From Patescibacteria group bacterium (GTDB lineage: Bacteria; Patescibacteriota; Microgenomatia; Levybacterales; UBA12049), in assembly GCA_035715145.1 (NCBI GenBank), contig DASTLH010000033.1, forward strand, positions 1-54,634: DNA of 54,634 bases, given 5' to 3'. Below are positions 16,742-26,127 of the stretch, one piece after another; position 1 is the stretch's first letter; every line of letters starts with the position of its first letter. A program made the translations under genes and the position numbers. The notes beneath the pieces are model-generated. The model did not search any database, was not told the DNA's origin, and saw only the letters and a program-made list of their open reading frames with translations.

Positions 16742-17386
16742 CTACAAAAGCATTTCATCACTTATTTCTTCAAATGAATCAACAACACAATCTGCCTGAA
16801 CAAGTTTGTCTGCAGAAACACTTTTTGTAATTCCAATTGCCTTCATACCTGCACTTTTAGCAGCAGCAATCCCTTTTGGCGCATCTTCAATGACAATGCA
16901 ATCTGCTGGGTCTTGACCCAACTTATCTGCTGCATAAAGGAAAATATCCGGATGAGGCTTCCCTCTCCCCCCTGAATCTGCAATTGTATAGATATGAGAG
17001 CCAAAAAAAGATTTGAGAAGCAAATGCTGGAGCGTAAGTTGTAAAAATTGGGTATCCATAGATGTTGCTATGGCTTTTTTATTTTTAGTCAGTCTTTTGA
17101 AAAAATCTTCAAAACCTTCCATAAAATCTACATTTTCAGCAAACCCTTTATAAACAAATTTTCTCCTCTTGTCTAAAAAATTCTCAAAAGAATCTGAAAT
17201 ATCATAATAGCCATACATTATGCGGGTCCCATCTTCAAACTTTGATCCATAAAGCATATGTTCAACTTTTTCTGCTTCATGAGTTTTGTTATACAGTGCA
17301 AGGAGGTTGATTGAAGAAGTAAGCCATACTGTTCTTTCAGTATCAATAATAACTCCATCCAAATCAAAAATTATTGCCTTCGTCAT
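16742..17386 (-). CDS. HAD-superfamily hydrolase (beta-phosphoglucomutase-like subfamily IA)
   Basis: AIIFDLDGVIIDTE (motif I), GKPHPDIFLYAADKLG and IVIEDAPKGIAAAKSAGM (motifs III/IV). Confidence 0.85.
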   Translation of the reverse strand: MTKAIIFDLDGVIIDTERTVWLTSSINLLALYNKTHEAEKVEHMLYGSKFEDGTRIMYGYYDISDSFENFLDKRRKFVYKGFAENVDFMEGFEDFFKRLTKNKKAIATSMDTQFLQLTLQHLLLKSFFGSHIYTIADSGGRGKPHPDIFLYAADKLGQDPADCIVIEDAPKGIAAAKSAGMKAIGITKSVSADKLVQADCVVDSFEEISDEMLL

Positions 17387-17392
17387 ACAAGA

Positions 17393-17401
17393 ATTATATC
17401 A
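17393..17401 (-). promoter_or_regulatory. extended -10 element (TGaTATAAT) 6 nt upstream of ATG 17386
   Basis: Minus strand reads TGATATAAT-TCTTGT-ATG. Confidence 0.5.
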
Positions 17402-17451
17402 GAGGATTATATAAATATTGCGTTCACAATTGTCCAAAATTTTAATTGCTA

Positions 17452-19164
17452 TTAATTTGAAAAGTTATATCTGTTAAAACGAAATCTCAGATCACCTTCT
17501 GTCCCGGCATCCCACGTACCTGTGCCCAATTCAAGAATTGCTGCAAAGCGTTCTATCTCTTCTTCAGTTGCGCCAACCAGCACTTTTTCTACCAAATCTA
17601 GTGCTTCAATTTTTCTATGTCTCTTAAGTACTGTCTTTGCAATATCCATAAGTGTATTTTTTTCATCATCAGTTAAATTAAAGTTTCGGCGAGTCATAGC
17701 AACTAACCCATAAACAATAGAATCTTCTGCATAGTTATAATTACTTGTTACTTGTCCGTTTACCTTTTGCTCAGTATGAATAATATCTGCAAGGAATTCT
17801 AAATGTTTTGTGTTCTGAGCCAGTATTCCAACTACATCAGAAATTATATATTCGCCCCCTCCCTGTGGTTGTTTAATTTCATCCATAAGTACATTCATTA
17901 ATAAGTCACCATATGTATCAAAATCTTTTGCAAGAAGTCTAATTGCACTACTTCGTACCTCATCATACATACTCGTGTGAAATATCTGTTCTACCCGAGG
18001 ACCAACATGAGGCAAATCTTCCTCAGTGAAAGAACGCAAAATTTTAGCTACATCTTCGTATGAGAAAGAAGGTTCGTCCAACAAAGTGTAAAGATACTCC
18101 TTCTGATTTGGATCATCTATAAGATATCGCAATGCCCGAGTTCTAACGGCTTCTGAAGAGTGAGAGATAAAAAAAGACTTGTAAAGACGGCTATATTCAC
18201 TTGGTGAAACGTATTGATGGATAGAATCTAGTATTTCCCTTTGAAGATATGTAGTTTCTGGCCCAAAATCTTCATCCAACACAGGAATAAGCAACCTAAC
18301 AGTCTGGGCGTCTTGAGCCAGGCAATCCACAGCAGGTTTTACCAATTCTCCATCCCCCGATCGAACAAATTGTAACAGTGCATTACGATTCTGCGATGCT
18401 TGCTTTCCAAGACGACCAATAATGGCAGAAGGAGCCTTTAATGCAATATCCCATGCTTGAGGATCGGTCATTCTATTTCTTTGGACAAGATCCAAAAGTA
18501 ATACTCTATTTTGTATATAAGGTGTTTGCCGTTCTCCCTTTGAAAATACTTTTGCAAGAACATCAAGACGGGATAAATCATAGGATAATGCTATATTTAA
18601 CGGATTAATTGCTTCAAATACAGAAAAGTGCCGTGCGTTAGGATCTGCTCTGTGCAACAGCGTAGTTCGCTGCATATCCCGTTGAAGAATATGCAACAAG
18701 GCAAGACGGGCTAAAGGATTTTCCACAAAATTTGCCACATGCCCAAAAATTAATTGCTCAACAGAAAAGCTTTCTTCCTGCCCTTGATGCAGATTAATTG
18801 CCCCCTTTGCTTCCTGCTTAGCAAGAGCAACTTGTGAGTAAAAGGTAAACACATCGGCAAGCATTGCCGGATCTATTGTCCCATCGGCAAGAATAGGCGG
18901 AAAAAGCCCACGAATTTCATATGTATTCAAACCTTTTCTCCATTTCACAACAGTTTGATTTAGCGCTCCTTCTCCAAGCAAACCGCCAATTGACGGCTCA
19001 ACAGGGTGTTGATCGTAATCTACATGCGCATGAAAACTTGCTGGTTCATGGCGCGTACTATTGAGAAGAAATCTTCTTACCCCCACCAAATCTTCAAGAT
19101 ATCCTCCGTTGTAGACCAAGTCCCGTGGATCAGGCTTACCATAATCACTTCTGGTTAATTCCAC
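17452..19164 (-). CDS. hypothetical alpha-helical protein with HEAT/ARM-like repeats
   Basis: 570 aa, GTG start. Repeated helical units such as SEAVRTRALRYLIDDP and DEVRSSAIRLLAKD. The start overlaps the upstream gene by 10 nt. Confidence 0.6.
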   Translation of the reverse strand: MELTRSDYGKPDPRDLVYNGGYLEDLVGVRRFLLNSTRHEPASFHAHVDYDQHPVEPSIGGLLGEGALNQTVVKWRKGLNTYEIRGLFPPILADGTIDPAMLADVFTFYSQVALAKQEAKGAINLHQGQEESFSVEQLIFGHVANFVENPLARLALLHILQRDMQRTTLLHRADPNARHFSVFEAINPLNIALSYDLSRLDVLAKVFSKGERQTPYIQNRVLLLDLVQRNRMTDPQAWDIALKAPSAIIGRLGKQASQNRNALLQFVRSGDGELVKPAVDCLAQDAQTVRLLIPVLDEDFGPETTYLQREILDSIHQYVSPSEYSRLYKSFFISHSSEAVRTRALRYLIDDPNQKEYLYTLLDEPSFSYEDVAKILRSFTEEDLPHVGPRVEQIFHTSMYDEVRSSAIRLLAKDFDTYGDLLMNVLMDEIKQPQGGGEYIISDVVGILAQNTKHLEFLADIIHTEQKVNGQVTSNYNYAEDSIVYGLVAMTRRNFNLTDDEKNTLMDIAKTVLKRHRKIEALDLVEKVLVGATEEEIERFAAILELGTGTWDAGTEGDLRFRFNRYNFSN

Positions 19165-20348
19165 AACAGTCCCTTCATTATGAAGGCTTGTTCTTTCTGG
19201 GCAGCAATCTGCCTTTGTGCTTTAAATTCTATTTCCCACCCAACTTTACCCGTAATATCTAAAAGTGGTGGTCCAATAAGAACAATTCCTTTTGCCAAAT
19301 CACGAAGTCTATCAAAGTTATCAAAAAGGTCTTGAGGAGAACCTTTTAATACCTCAACCAATTTTTTAATTCTGTCTTTTTGCAAAAGTACCCATTCGCT
19401 GTCAGGATGATGAATCGATTCATCAATTGTCAGAGCAAACGCAAGAGGATGATCTAAATCTGCATAATAATCAAGCAACTCAAGATATTTTGGTTTTTGT
19501 GAATCAGGCAATGCAACATATTCAACCATGTCATAGATTAATTTCCGCGCATCAGGAAATTGAATCATATCGCTTGCTTTCAACACGTCAATACACGCTT
19601 GGGTGAAATCTGGCATTTCTGCCAATGTGTCCCCTGATCCCTGAAGCTGTATCGCCCCTGTTTTTAGCATCGCATGCATTCTTTTCATAACTTTGACCGC
19701 TGCTTTTTGTCTGTCTCGTGGAGATTCCTGTTGCCCAGACGACTCAGATGCAGGAGGAGAAATAAGTGCATGGACAACGTCCATAGCAGCAATCATAACT
19801 TCTTCAGTAGATCCGGGACTGGTCACTTCCCGCATTTCCCCAGGAGAGGCAACCTGCCTGCTTTTCCTTTTAAAGGAAGCTACTGAATATACAACGTTAT
19901 CAGGCTCCTCTGGGAGATCTTCTAAGATTATCTCTCGAAAAAGGTCCTTTTCATACTTTCGACGCTCAATTGCTTGACGCAGATACTTAACAAGAATAGC
20001 ACCAGAAGTGTCAAAGTTGATTTCACTTGCACTCACACGAAATTGATCGTGTTGTTTCTCTGCTGCAAGCCCCGCAAGAACTGCCTCATTTGTTACCTGT
20101 GACGTTTCTTTTGGTGGTATCACTAGTCCTCCCTGTACCTCTTCTCCTGGACGAAGGGGAACTCCTCTCAAAAGACCTGTCGAAGAGACTGGAACCAACA
20201 ATCCTGTAGAACTATCTCCAAATCCTGCTGGAGGAGGTGGGACAGCTACATCAAGGCGGGCAACTGCAAGAGATTGATCAGCTGGAGATGGGGCTGGATC
20301 GTCTCCAAGCCTTACTACATGTATTCTGTCTTGGGGCGTTTCTGGCAT
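19155..20348 (-). CDS. hypothetical protein with Pro-rich disordered N-terminus
   Basis: 397 aa. The N-terminal ~90 aa are Pro/Gly/Ser-rich with a SSTGLL duplication; the helical C-terminal part follows. No family recognised. Confidence 0.6.
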   Translation of the reverse strand: MPETPQDRIHVVRLGDDPAPSPADQSLAVARLDVAVPPPPAGFGDSSTGLLVPVSSTGLLRGVPLRPGEEVQGGLVIPPKETSQVTNEAVLAGLAAEKQHDQFRVSASEINFDTSGAILVKYLRQAIERRKYEKDLFREIILEDLPEEPDNVVYSVASFKRKSRQVASPGEMREVTSPGSTEEVMIAAMDVVHALISPPASESSGQQESPRDRQKAAVKVMKRMHAMLKTGAIQLQGSGDTLAEMPDFTQACIDVLKASDMIQFPDARKLIYDMVEYVALPDSQKPKYLELLDYYADLDHPLAFALTIDESIHHPDSEWVLLQKDRIKKLVEVLKGSPQDLFDNFDRLRDLAKGIVLIGPPLLDITGKVGWEIEFKAQRQIAAQKEQAFIMKGLLWN

Positions 20349-20356
20349 ACCTTGTT

Positions 20357-20386
20357 AGCATACTGAGTTATCTTGTTTTTTGTCAA
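20357..20386 (-). promoter_or_regulatory. sigma70-like promoter TTGACA-N18-TATGCT, 8 nt before ATG 20348
   Basis: Minus strand reads TTGACAaaaaacaagataactcagTATGCTaacaaggtATG. Confidence 0.55.
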
Positions 20387-20418
20387 TCAAAATAACTCTC
20401 TTTTTTCAATAAGCTTTA

Positions 20419-20447
20419 TTGACTTCCCTCACGTTTCCCTGAATAAT
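20419..20447 (+). promoter_or_regulatory. sigma70-like promoter TTGACT-N17-AATAAT, 6 nt before ATG 20454
   Basis: TTGACT 20419-20424, AATAAT 20442-20447, TAAAGT, ATG. Confidence 0.5.
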
Positions 20448-20453
20448 TAAAGT

Positions 20454-21395
20454 ATGCTAAAAAAAAGAAAAAGAAAGTTTCCCTTTCTTACCTGGCCTCT
20501 TTTTTTGGGAGTTGGGATTATCCTTATTACCATTCCTTTTCTTAGATCTTCCTCGTTTAAGGATTCCTCTCTCACAGGAGAAGAAATTCTAGAAAATCAG
20601 CAAAATACCATTCCAGAAGACGTAGTGGCACAACTCACTCAAGGAGAGCAGGTGCTTGGAGCAACATCAAGGGAGTTTCCTGACTCTATTATTCATGTCC
20701 CGATACTTATGTACCATTACGTTGAATATGTCTCTGACCCAGGAGATAAAACTCGTATCAGCCTGGATACCCTTCCTTCAAACCTGGAAGCAGAGATACA
20801 AACGCTCAAGGGAGCAGGATATACGTTTATGACCGCCAACGATCTTGCCGATGTTATAGACGGAAAGACACAACTCCCTCCCAAACCAATCCTTCTCACA
20901 TTTGATGATGGCTACAGGGATTTTTATGAGTATGCCTATCCTCTTCTTAAAAAAGATCACATAAAAGCAACTCAATACGTTATTACCGGTCCTCATTTTC
21001 TTAATACCCCCAATCACCTTACCTCACAACAAGTACAGGAAATTGCTCAAGATGGACTGGTAGAAATTGGAGCCCACACGGTAGATCATTTGTGGCTCAG
21101 AGGATTATCCAAAAGTATTGTCACATACGAGGTGACACAAAGTAAAAAAACACTGGAAAACCTCATTCACAAACCAGTAAATTCATTTGCCTATCCCTTT
21201 GGAGCATTTGATCCACAGGCAATTGATGTCGTTAAACAAGCTGGCTTTCGCACTTCTCTTTCTACCATTCCAGGAATTAATCAATCCAAAACAAATCGAT
21301 ACTTCCTCTATCGTTTGCGCCCCGGAGGAAGAGTTGGGAAAGATTTACTGTATTGTTTAGACCACGTTGAGAAGTGTTATCAAGTAGCTCAATAA
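20454..21395 (+). CDS. membrane-anchored polysaccharide deacetylase (NodB homology domain)
   Basis: N-terminal TM helix. NodB motifs LLTFDDGYRDFY and EIGAHTVDH, plus FAYPFG. Confidence 0.85.
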   Translation: MLKKRKRKFPFLTWPLFLGVGIILITIPFLRSSSFKDSSLTGEEILENQQNTIPEDVVAQLTQGEQVLGATSREFPDSIIHVPILMYHYVEYVSDPGDKTRISLDTLPSNLEAEIQTLKGAGYTFMTANDLADVIDGKTQLPPKPILLTFDDGYRDFYEYAYPLLKKDHIKATQYVITGPHFLNTPNHLTSQQVQEIAQDGLVEIGAHTVDHLWLRGLSKSIVTYEVTQSKKTLENLIHKPVNSFAYPFGAFDPQAIDVVKQAGFRTSLSTIPGINQSKTNRYFLYRLRPGGRVGKDLLYCLDHVEKCYQVAQ

Positions 21396-21397
21396 AT

Positions 21398-22345
21398 TTA
21401 ACTTCGTGACTCTGCAGGAAGATTAAGAAGCTCATTAATTTTTACAAACTCAAACCCTTTTGCTTTTAATGAAGAAATTATTGCAGGCAATGCATCTGCT
21501 GTTTTTGGGGCAGTTGGAGTTCCGTTCATGTGCAAAACAATTATAGAACCATTTTGCACATTATTTAGTACGTTATTAATAATTTGCTGCGTATTTTCAT
21601 TAAAGCCATCGTTTCCAGCAACGTCCCAATGGACAACAACATCATTTGCCTGATTAACAAGCTTAACATCACTTGGTGTGTAGCACCCTCCAGGAAAACG
21701 GAATAGTTGATTATCAATATGACCATGTTCACGAAGTAATTTTTCCGTAGCACCTATCTCCTCAATACGAACAGTAGAATCAAGTTGTTTTAATCCATAA
21801 CAAAACCCAAAATAAGAACTATCAGTATATGAATGGCTTCCCAACTCAAAAAGAGGGTTGGCAGCAAGCTCTTGGGTAACTTGCGGATATAGTTCTATCC
21901 ACATACCCGTGAGAAAAAGTGTTGCTTTGGTATGAGTAGCAACAAGTGTATCAATAATTCTGTGATCGTAAGAAATCTTCACTCTTCCGGATAAAACATC
22001 TGCCTTCATGCCATCAGTCATTTCTGCATCAAAAGTAAGTGCAATTTGCTTTTTATTACGTGACCCATGGAAAAAAACATTGCTGGTAGAGTTGTCTATT
22101 GTACGATTATCATACGGACTACCTCTTTCGGTGTACATTGCTTCCTGAGGTTTGGGAAGAAGGACAGTAGTTTTATTTACTGGCTTTGGGAAAAGCTCTA
22201 AAGCTTTATTCACCTGAGACGTAATAAGCAGATACGTTGCAATTGAAGAAAGAGCAACAACAAAAAGAGTAAAAAGAGCATGCTTGGTAAAATCGTCTTT
22301 AAGAATCGTAAAATCCCGTTTTACCAAATTTTTGAATAAGTGCAT
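21398..22345 (-). CDS. membrane-anchored polysaccharide deacetylase (NodB homology domain)
   Basis: ALTFDAEM, ELGSHSYTDS and FRFPGG motifs. Start trimmed to MHLFKNL (22345) to avoid a head-on overlap with the divergent gene. Confidence 0.8.
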   Translation of the reverse strand: MHLFKNLVKRDFTILKDDFTKHALFTLFVVALSSIATYLLITSQVNKALELFPKPVNKTTVLLPKPQEAMYTERGSPYDNRTIDNSTSNVFFHGSRNKKQIALTFDAEMTDGMKADVLSGRVKISYDHRIIDTLVATHTKATLFLTGMWIELYPQVTQELAANPLFELGSHSYTDSSYFGFCYGLKQLDSTVRIEEIGATEKLLREHGHIDNQLFRFPGGCYTPSDVKLVNQANDVVVHWDVAGNDGFNENTQQIINNVLNNVQNGSIIVLHMNGTPTAPKTADALPAIISSLKAKGFEFVKINELLNLPAESRS

Positions 22346-22389
22346 ATACTTATTGTGGAAGAGCAGAAAAATAAAGTCAATACTCCCTC

Positions 22390-22417
22390 TTGACCAAACA
22401 TATGTCTTTGATATGCT
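22390..22417 (+). promoter_or_regulatory. sigma70-like promoter TTGACC-N16-TATGCT, 7 nt before ATG 22425
   Basis: TTGACC 22390-22395, TATGCT 22412-22417. Confidence 0.45.
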
Positions 22418-22424
22418 AAAGGTA

Positions 22425-24974
22425 ATGAAAAAATCCTTTCTTATTTTTCTGGCCATTCTTCTTCTTTCACCCAAACAAGTACTCGCAGCAACGGCTTCAA
22501 AAGTGAACGTCTCAGACATTATTTATGCGGACCTTGCACTTCGACACAATTTAGATAATGTCAGCATCTACTATACTGATGGAAAATCTGACACAGTCAA
22601 GCTTAATGAAGAGCGCCACTGGCTCCCTGCAAGTACTGTTAAAACCTTCGCAGCAATGTATGCATACAAACTCATCTCACAAGGAAAACTCAATCTCACA
22701 GACAGCGTTACCATTGATGCAAAAAACGACGTTCCAACCGAACTAGTAACAGACCAACTTCCCACACTTCTTGAAGGAGATAGTGTAACCATAGACAGAT
22801 TGATTCGGCAAATGATCACTCAAAGTGACAACACCGCATTTAATCAATTACTTGATATTTTGGGACGGGATAATATCACAGAGTACATTCAATCACTTGG
22901 ACTTTCTCATAGTCATGTTGGATCAAAACTAAATCTTGATACTTCCCAAGAACAGTATGAATTTGACACCCCTGGATATGGCATTAATACCACAACAGCC
23001 GAGGATTATGCCAAAGCTTTTCAGCTGATTAAAAATAATAAAATTCCTGGAGCAAAAGATCTCTTTGCAGTTTTAAAAGATCAAAAAATCAATAATATGA
23101 TTCCCCTTCTTTTACCCAAAAATGTGGTTTGTGCACACAAAACCGGAGACTTAGATCCGCTCTACCATGATGGTGGTATTTGTCAGGATAAAAAAAGATC
23201 CTATGTCCTTACTATTTTCACCAATGCCGGAGATCCTAATTTACTCGCTCATTTATCAGAACTCATCTACACAAAAAATATCAACCTTGTTGGAGAAGAT
23301 ATTTCCGCTATTAAACCTCTTAGCAGCAATCCCCAGGATAATCATCCTCTTGATCCTTTGGTTATGAAACCAGTTGATACAGCTGTTTTAGGAGCAAATA
23401 CTATTAACCTTCCCACGCCCGATATTACAGCAGCAGACCTTGGTGTCACGGCAAATGATTTATCTTTGGTAATAAAAGATAAAGACCTTCCTCCTGTAGT
23501 GATTCCTGCAGATTCTCCTTTCCATGCGCTTTCTGATGCATGGCAGTTGACAAGAATTTTTGTGGCCCCTGGTGCAAAAGCCCGCCTTGCAGTTAATTTA
23601 GATATTGCGAGATTGCGAGTTGCAGAAGCAAATGATTTGGTAAAAAGAGGAAAAACAACCCAAGCTCAAGTCATACTTCAAAATATGCAGCAAGGATTTA
23701 GTACCGTTGCAAAAGATCCATCAGTAACTCATGACTCAACTTCACAAAACACTATTCAGGCAGTATCTGAAACAAGATTTGCAGTTTTGGGAAATGAACT
23801 AAAACAGACACAAGGAGACACAAAAGCGGCCCTTATTAAAGCAATTGCCACACAGGCAAAAGAAACAATCCAAAACGTTCAGCCAAATATCCCTGATGCA
23901 ACCAACGCCATCAACCCAGCACAAAAGCCACTCATTGGAGAAATTGTCAAAACAACAGATACCTCAATTACAGTAAAAACAGCCGGTGGTCAGGAACTCA
24001 TCGTTCCAACTAACACGGGATCTCTTGTTATTAAAGAAAAACAAGCAGCCCCTCAAACACCTATAAGTACTGTTGCCCCAACATCACCAGATACTACTCC
24101 TTCCATATCTGAAACTGTATCTCCAACCCAAGTGTCACCAACTAGTACCTCCAACACTAAATCTCTAACTGTTGGCTCTACCATTGCGCTGGTTGGATCA
24201 ACAACCAACAACACATTTGCTCCGTCTTTAATTTTGACAAACATTCCAAAAGAGCTTTCGGCCCCTCAACCAGTAACTGTGGCAAAAGTTGATACCAAAC
24301 ACAACACAATGGTTGTTGTTGAAAATGGCGTGTACACCCAAGTAAATGTCAGCAAAGATACCAATATTAAAGGAGCAGATACTGACATTCCCCTCAAAGC
24401 AATTCAGCCAGGAGACGTGGTAGTTGTCCATGGAGAACCACTTACGCAAAACCAACCAACACAATCTCCAACAGCCTCCCCAACACCTTCTGGAGCAAAC
24501 ACAGCTCCTCAGCCATCGGCAGGTCAACCAAATCAACCAATATCACCAACGCAGTCATCTGGGAAAAATTCACCAAGTACCACTCCTGTCCCAGCAGTCA
24601 CTGCAACAAATCAAACAACCTCAACACCAGTTCCACACGTCACAATACCTATTTCACATGCGCCTTCTTCAAAACTGACCCCCACTACAACAACAGTTGT
24701 TTCTCCAACAACTAATAAAACTATTGTTCCCAAAACTGTTCCATCAGCTGCACCTTCTTCACCTCAACCGAAAATAATTCAAAGTACGTCTATCCAAGTT
24801 GTCGAAACCAAAATCAGCATTACCAATGCTCCAGCTCCCAAAATAAACACACCTGCCGCACAACCTTCAGCGCCATCTCAACCATCACAAAATAAACCAC
24901 AACAACAAAGCCAACCCCAATCACAACCACCACAAACAGTCCAAACCAAAACAGATCAGAAAAAAACAAAATAA
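22425..24974 (+). CDS. secreted class-A beta-lactamase-like / penicillin-binding serine hydrolase with long Pro/Thr/Gln-rich tail
   Basis: Signal peptide MKKSFLIFLAILLLSPKQVLA. SxxK (ASTVK), SxN (SDN) and KTG (HKTGD) motifs. The C-terminal ~330 aa are low-complexity P/T/S/Q. Confidence 0.8.
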   Translation: MKKSFLIFLAILLLSPKQVLAATASKVNVSDIIYADLALRHNLDNVSIYYTDGKSDTVKLNEERHWLPASTVKTFAAMYAYKLISQGKLNLTDSVTIDAKNDVPTELVTDQLPTLLEGDSVTIDRLIRQMITQSDNTAFNQLLDILGRDNITEYIQSLGLSHSHVGSKLNLDTSQEQYEFDTPGYGINTTTAEDYAKAFQLIKNNKIPGAKDLFAVLKDQKINNMIPLLLPKNVVCAHKTGDLDPLYHDGGICQDKKRSYVLTIFTNAGDPNLLAHLSELIYTKNINLVGEDISAIKPLSSNPQDNHPLDPLVMKPVDTAVLGANTINLPTPDITAADLGVTANDLSLVIKDKDLPPVVIPADSPFHALSDAWQLTRIFVAPGAKARLAVNLDIARLRVAEANDLVKRGKTTQAQVILQNMQQGFSTVAKDPSVTHDSTSQNTIQAVSETRFAVLGNELKQTQGDTKAALIKAIATQAKETIQNVQPNIPDATNAINPAQKPLIGEIVKTTDTSITVKTAGGQELIVPTNTGSLVIKEKQAAPQTPISTVAPTSPDTTPSISETVSPTQVSPTSTSNTKSLTVGSTIALVGSTTNNTFAPSLILTNIPKELSAPQPVTVAKVDTKHNTMVVVENGVYTQVNVSKDTNIKGADTDIPLKAIQPGDVVVVHGEPLTQNQPTQSPTASPTPSGANTAPQPSAGQPNQPISPTQSSGKNSPSTTPVPAVTATNQTTSTPVPHVTIPISHAPSSKLTPTTTTVVSPTTNKTIVPKTVPSAAPSSPQPKIIQSTSIQVVETKISITNAPAPKINTPAAQPSAPSQPSQNKPQQQSQPQSQPPQTVQTKTDQKKTK

Positions 24975-24983
24975 TTTCTCCTA

Positions 24984-25012
24984 TTGAAACTGTAACCCCT
25001 TTTCTTTACTAT
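24984..25012 (+). promoter_or_regulatory. sigma70-like promoter TTGAAA-N17-TACTAT, 7 nt before ATG 25020
   Basis: TTGAAA 24984-24989, TACTAT 25007-25012, TTATACG, ATG. Confidence 0.55.
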
Positions 25013-25019
25013 TTATACG

Positions 25020-26102
25020 ATGCCAAGACAGCCCGAAACTGGTGGCGCCCCGATACAACTTGCAAGAGTTGATGCTCCTCTCTTCACCCCCAACGGCGAA
25101 CGACGAAATGGCTTTGACAATCTTGTCATCATGACCGGACTTTCTCACCCGCAACTCGCCAAAGACACAGCACACGAGCTATCCCAGCTTGTTGACCCTT
25201 CACACACTATTCCTGTTGTAGAACCAGTCACCAAATTTGATGAAGGAGGAGAACGACGGGTTGTGATTGAACCAAATGTGAGGGGACGAGACGTGATGAT
25301 TATCCAATCTTTGTGCCTCAATAAAGAAACAGAAACCAATGTGAACGACGCATGGGCTGAGGTTTTGCTTATGATGGACGCCCTCATTCGCGCATCTGTT
25401 GGACGTATCTATGTGGTCATTCCCTATTATGGCTATGGCCGGCAAGACAGACGATCTTTTAGCAGAGAACCCATCAGCGCCGCAGCAGTAGCACAGCATA
25501 TTGAATTTGGCGCAGGAGGACGCTTTGGCGGGATAACAACAGTTGATTTACATGCCCAACAAATTCAAGGTTCTATCAATTCTCCCTGGGACGATTTATA
25601 TGGAGAACATGTGCTTGTCCCGGCAATTGCCTCTGGCGTTCCCAGACCAATGACCATTGTTTCTCCTGATGCTGGAGGAGGAAAACGAGCAGACAGAGTC
25701 GCCAGACGTCTTGATGCAACTGCTGCTTCAGCATACAAAACTCGAGACCCCAAACACCCAGACAAAACAGTTACCAGTGCACTCATGGGAGATGTAGAAG
25801 GCACGCACGCGGTGATTGTTGATGATGTCATTGCCGGTGGAGGATCGCTAGCTGATGCAGCAAAGATTGCAATAGATCATGGAGCAATAGACGTGTATGC
25901 TGCAGTTACTCATGCACAGATGTATGGGCAGGCAGATCAAAAACTGACTAATTCACCCATTGTCCGCCTTTTTACAACAGATACTATCCCACAACGACCT
26001 CATGAGAAAAAAACAGTCTTGCCGGTTGCCCATATGCTCGCTCAGGCAATTTATTGTTCTTTAACCGGTGAATCTATCCATGAAACCCTCCTTGATAACT
26101 AA
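25020..26102 (+). CDS. prs: ribose-phosphate pyrophosphokinase (PRPP synthetase) with ~35-aa N-terminal extension
   Basis: YYGYGRQDRR, VSPDAGGGKRA and the PRPP-binding loop VIVDDVIAGGGSL. Confidence 0.9.
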   Translation: MPRQPETGGAPIQLARVDAPLFTPNGERRNGFDNLVIMTGLSHPQLAKDTAHELSQLVDPSHTIPVVEPVTKFDEGGERRVVIEPNVRGRDVMIIQSLCLNKETETNVNDAWAEVLLMMDALIRASVGRIYVVIPYYGYGRQDRRSFSREPISAAAVAQHIEFGAGGRFGGITTVDLHAQQIQGSINSPWDDLYGEHVLVPAIASGVPRPMTIVSPDAGGGKRADRVARRLDATAASAYKTRDPKHPDKTVTSALMGDVEGTHAVIVDDVIAGGGSLADAAKIAIDHGAIDVYAAVTHAQMYGQADQKLTNSPIVRLFTTDTIPQRPHEKKTVLPVAHMLAQAIYCSLTGESIHETLLDN

Positions 26103-26127
26103 GTTGTCTATCTAAAAGCCTTATGGT

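Noticed and set aside
22284-22519. Long N-terminal extensions of the two divergent genes (plus-strand ORF from 22284, minus-strand ORF to 22519) overlapping head-on by about 235 nt
   Set aside because: Internal starts (ATG 22425 giving a signal peptide; ATG 22345 giving a TM anchor) give standard proteins and leave room for promoters. The extensions have atypical composition.
24050-24960. Repetitive-looking DNA that could be mistaken for a repeat array
   Set aside because: It is in-frame low-complexity Pro/Thr/Ser/Gln coding sequence of the serine-hydrolase tail. There is no regular repeat-spacer periodicity, and no CRISPR array anywhere in the window.
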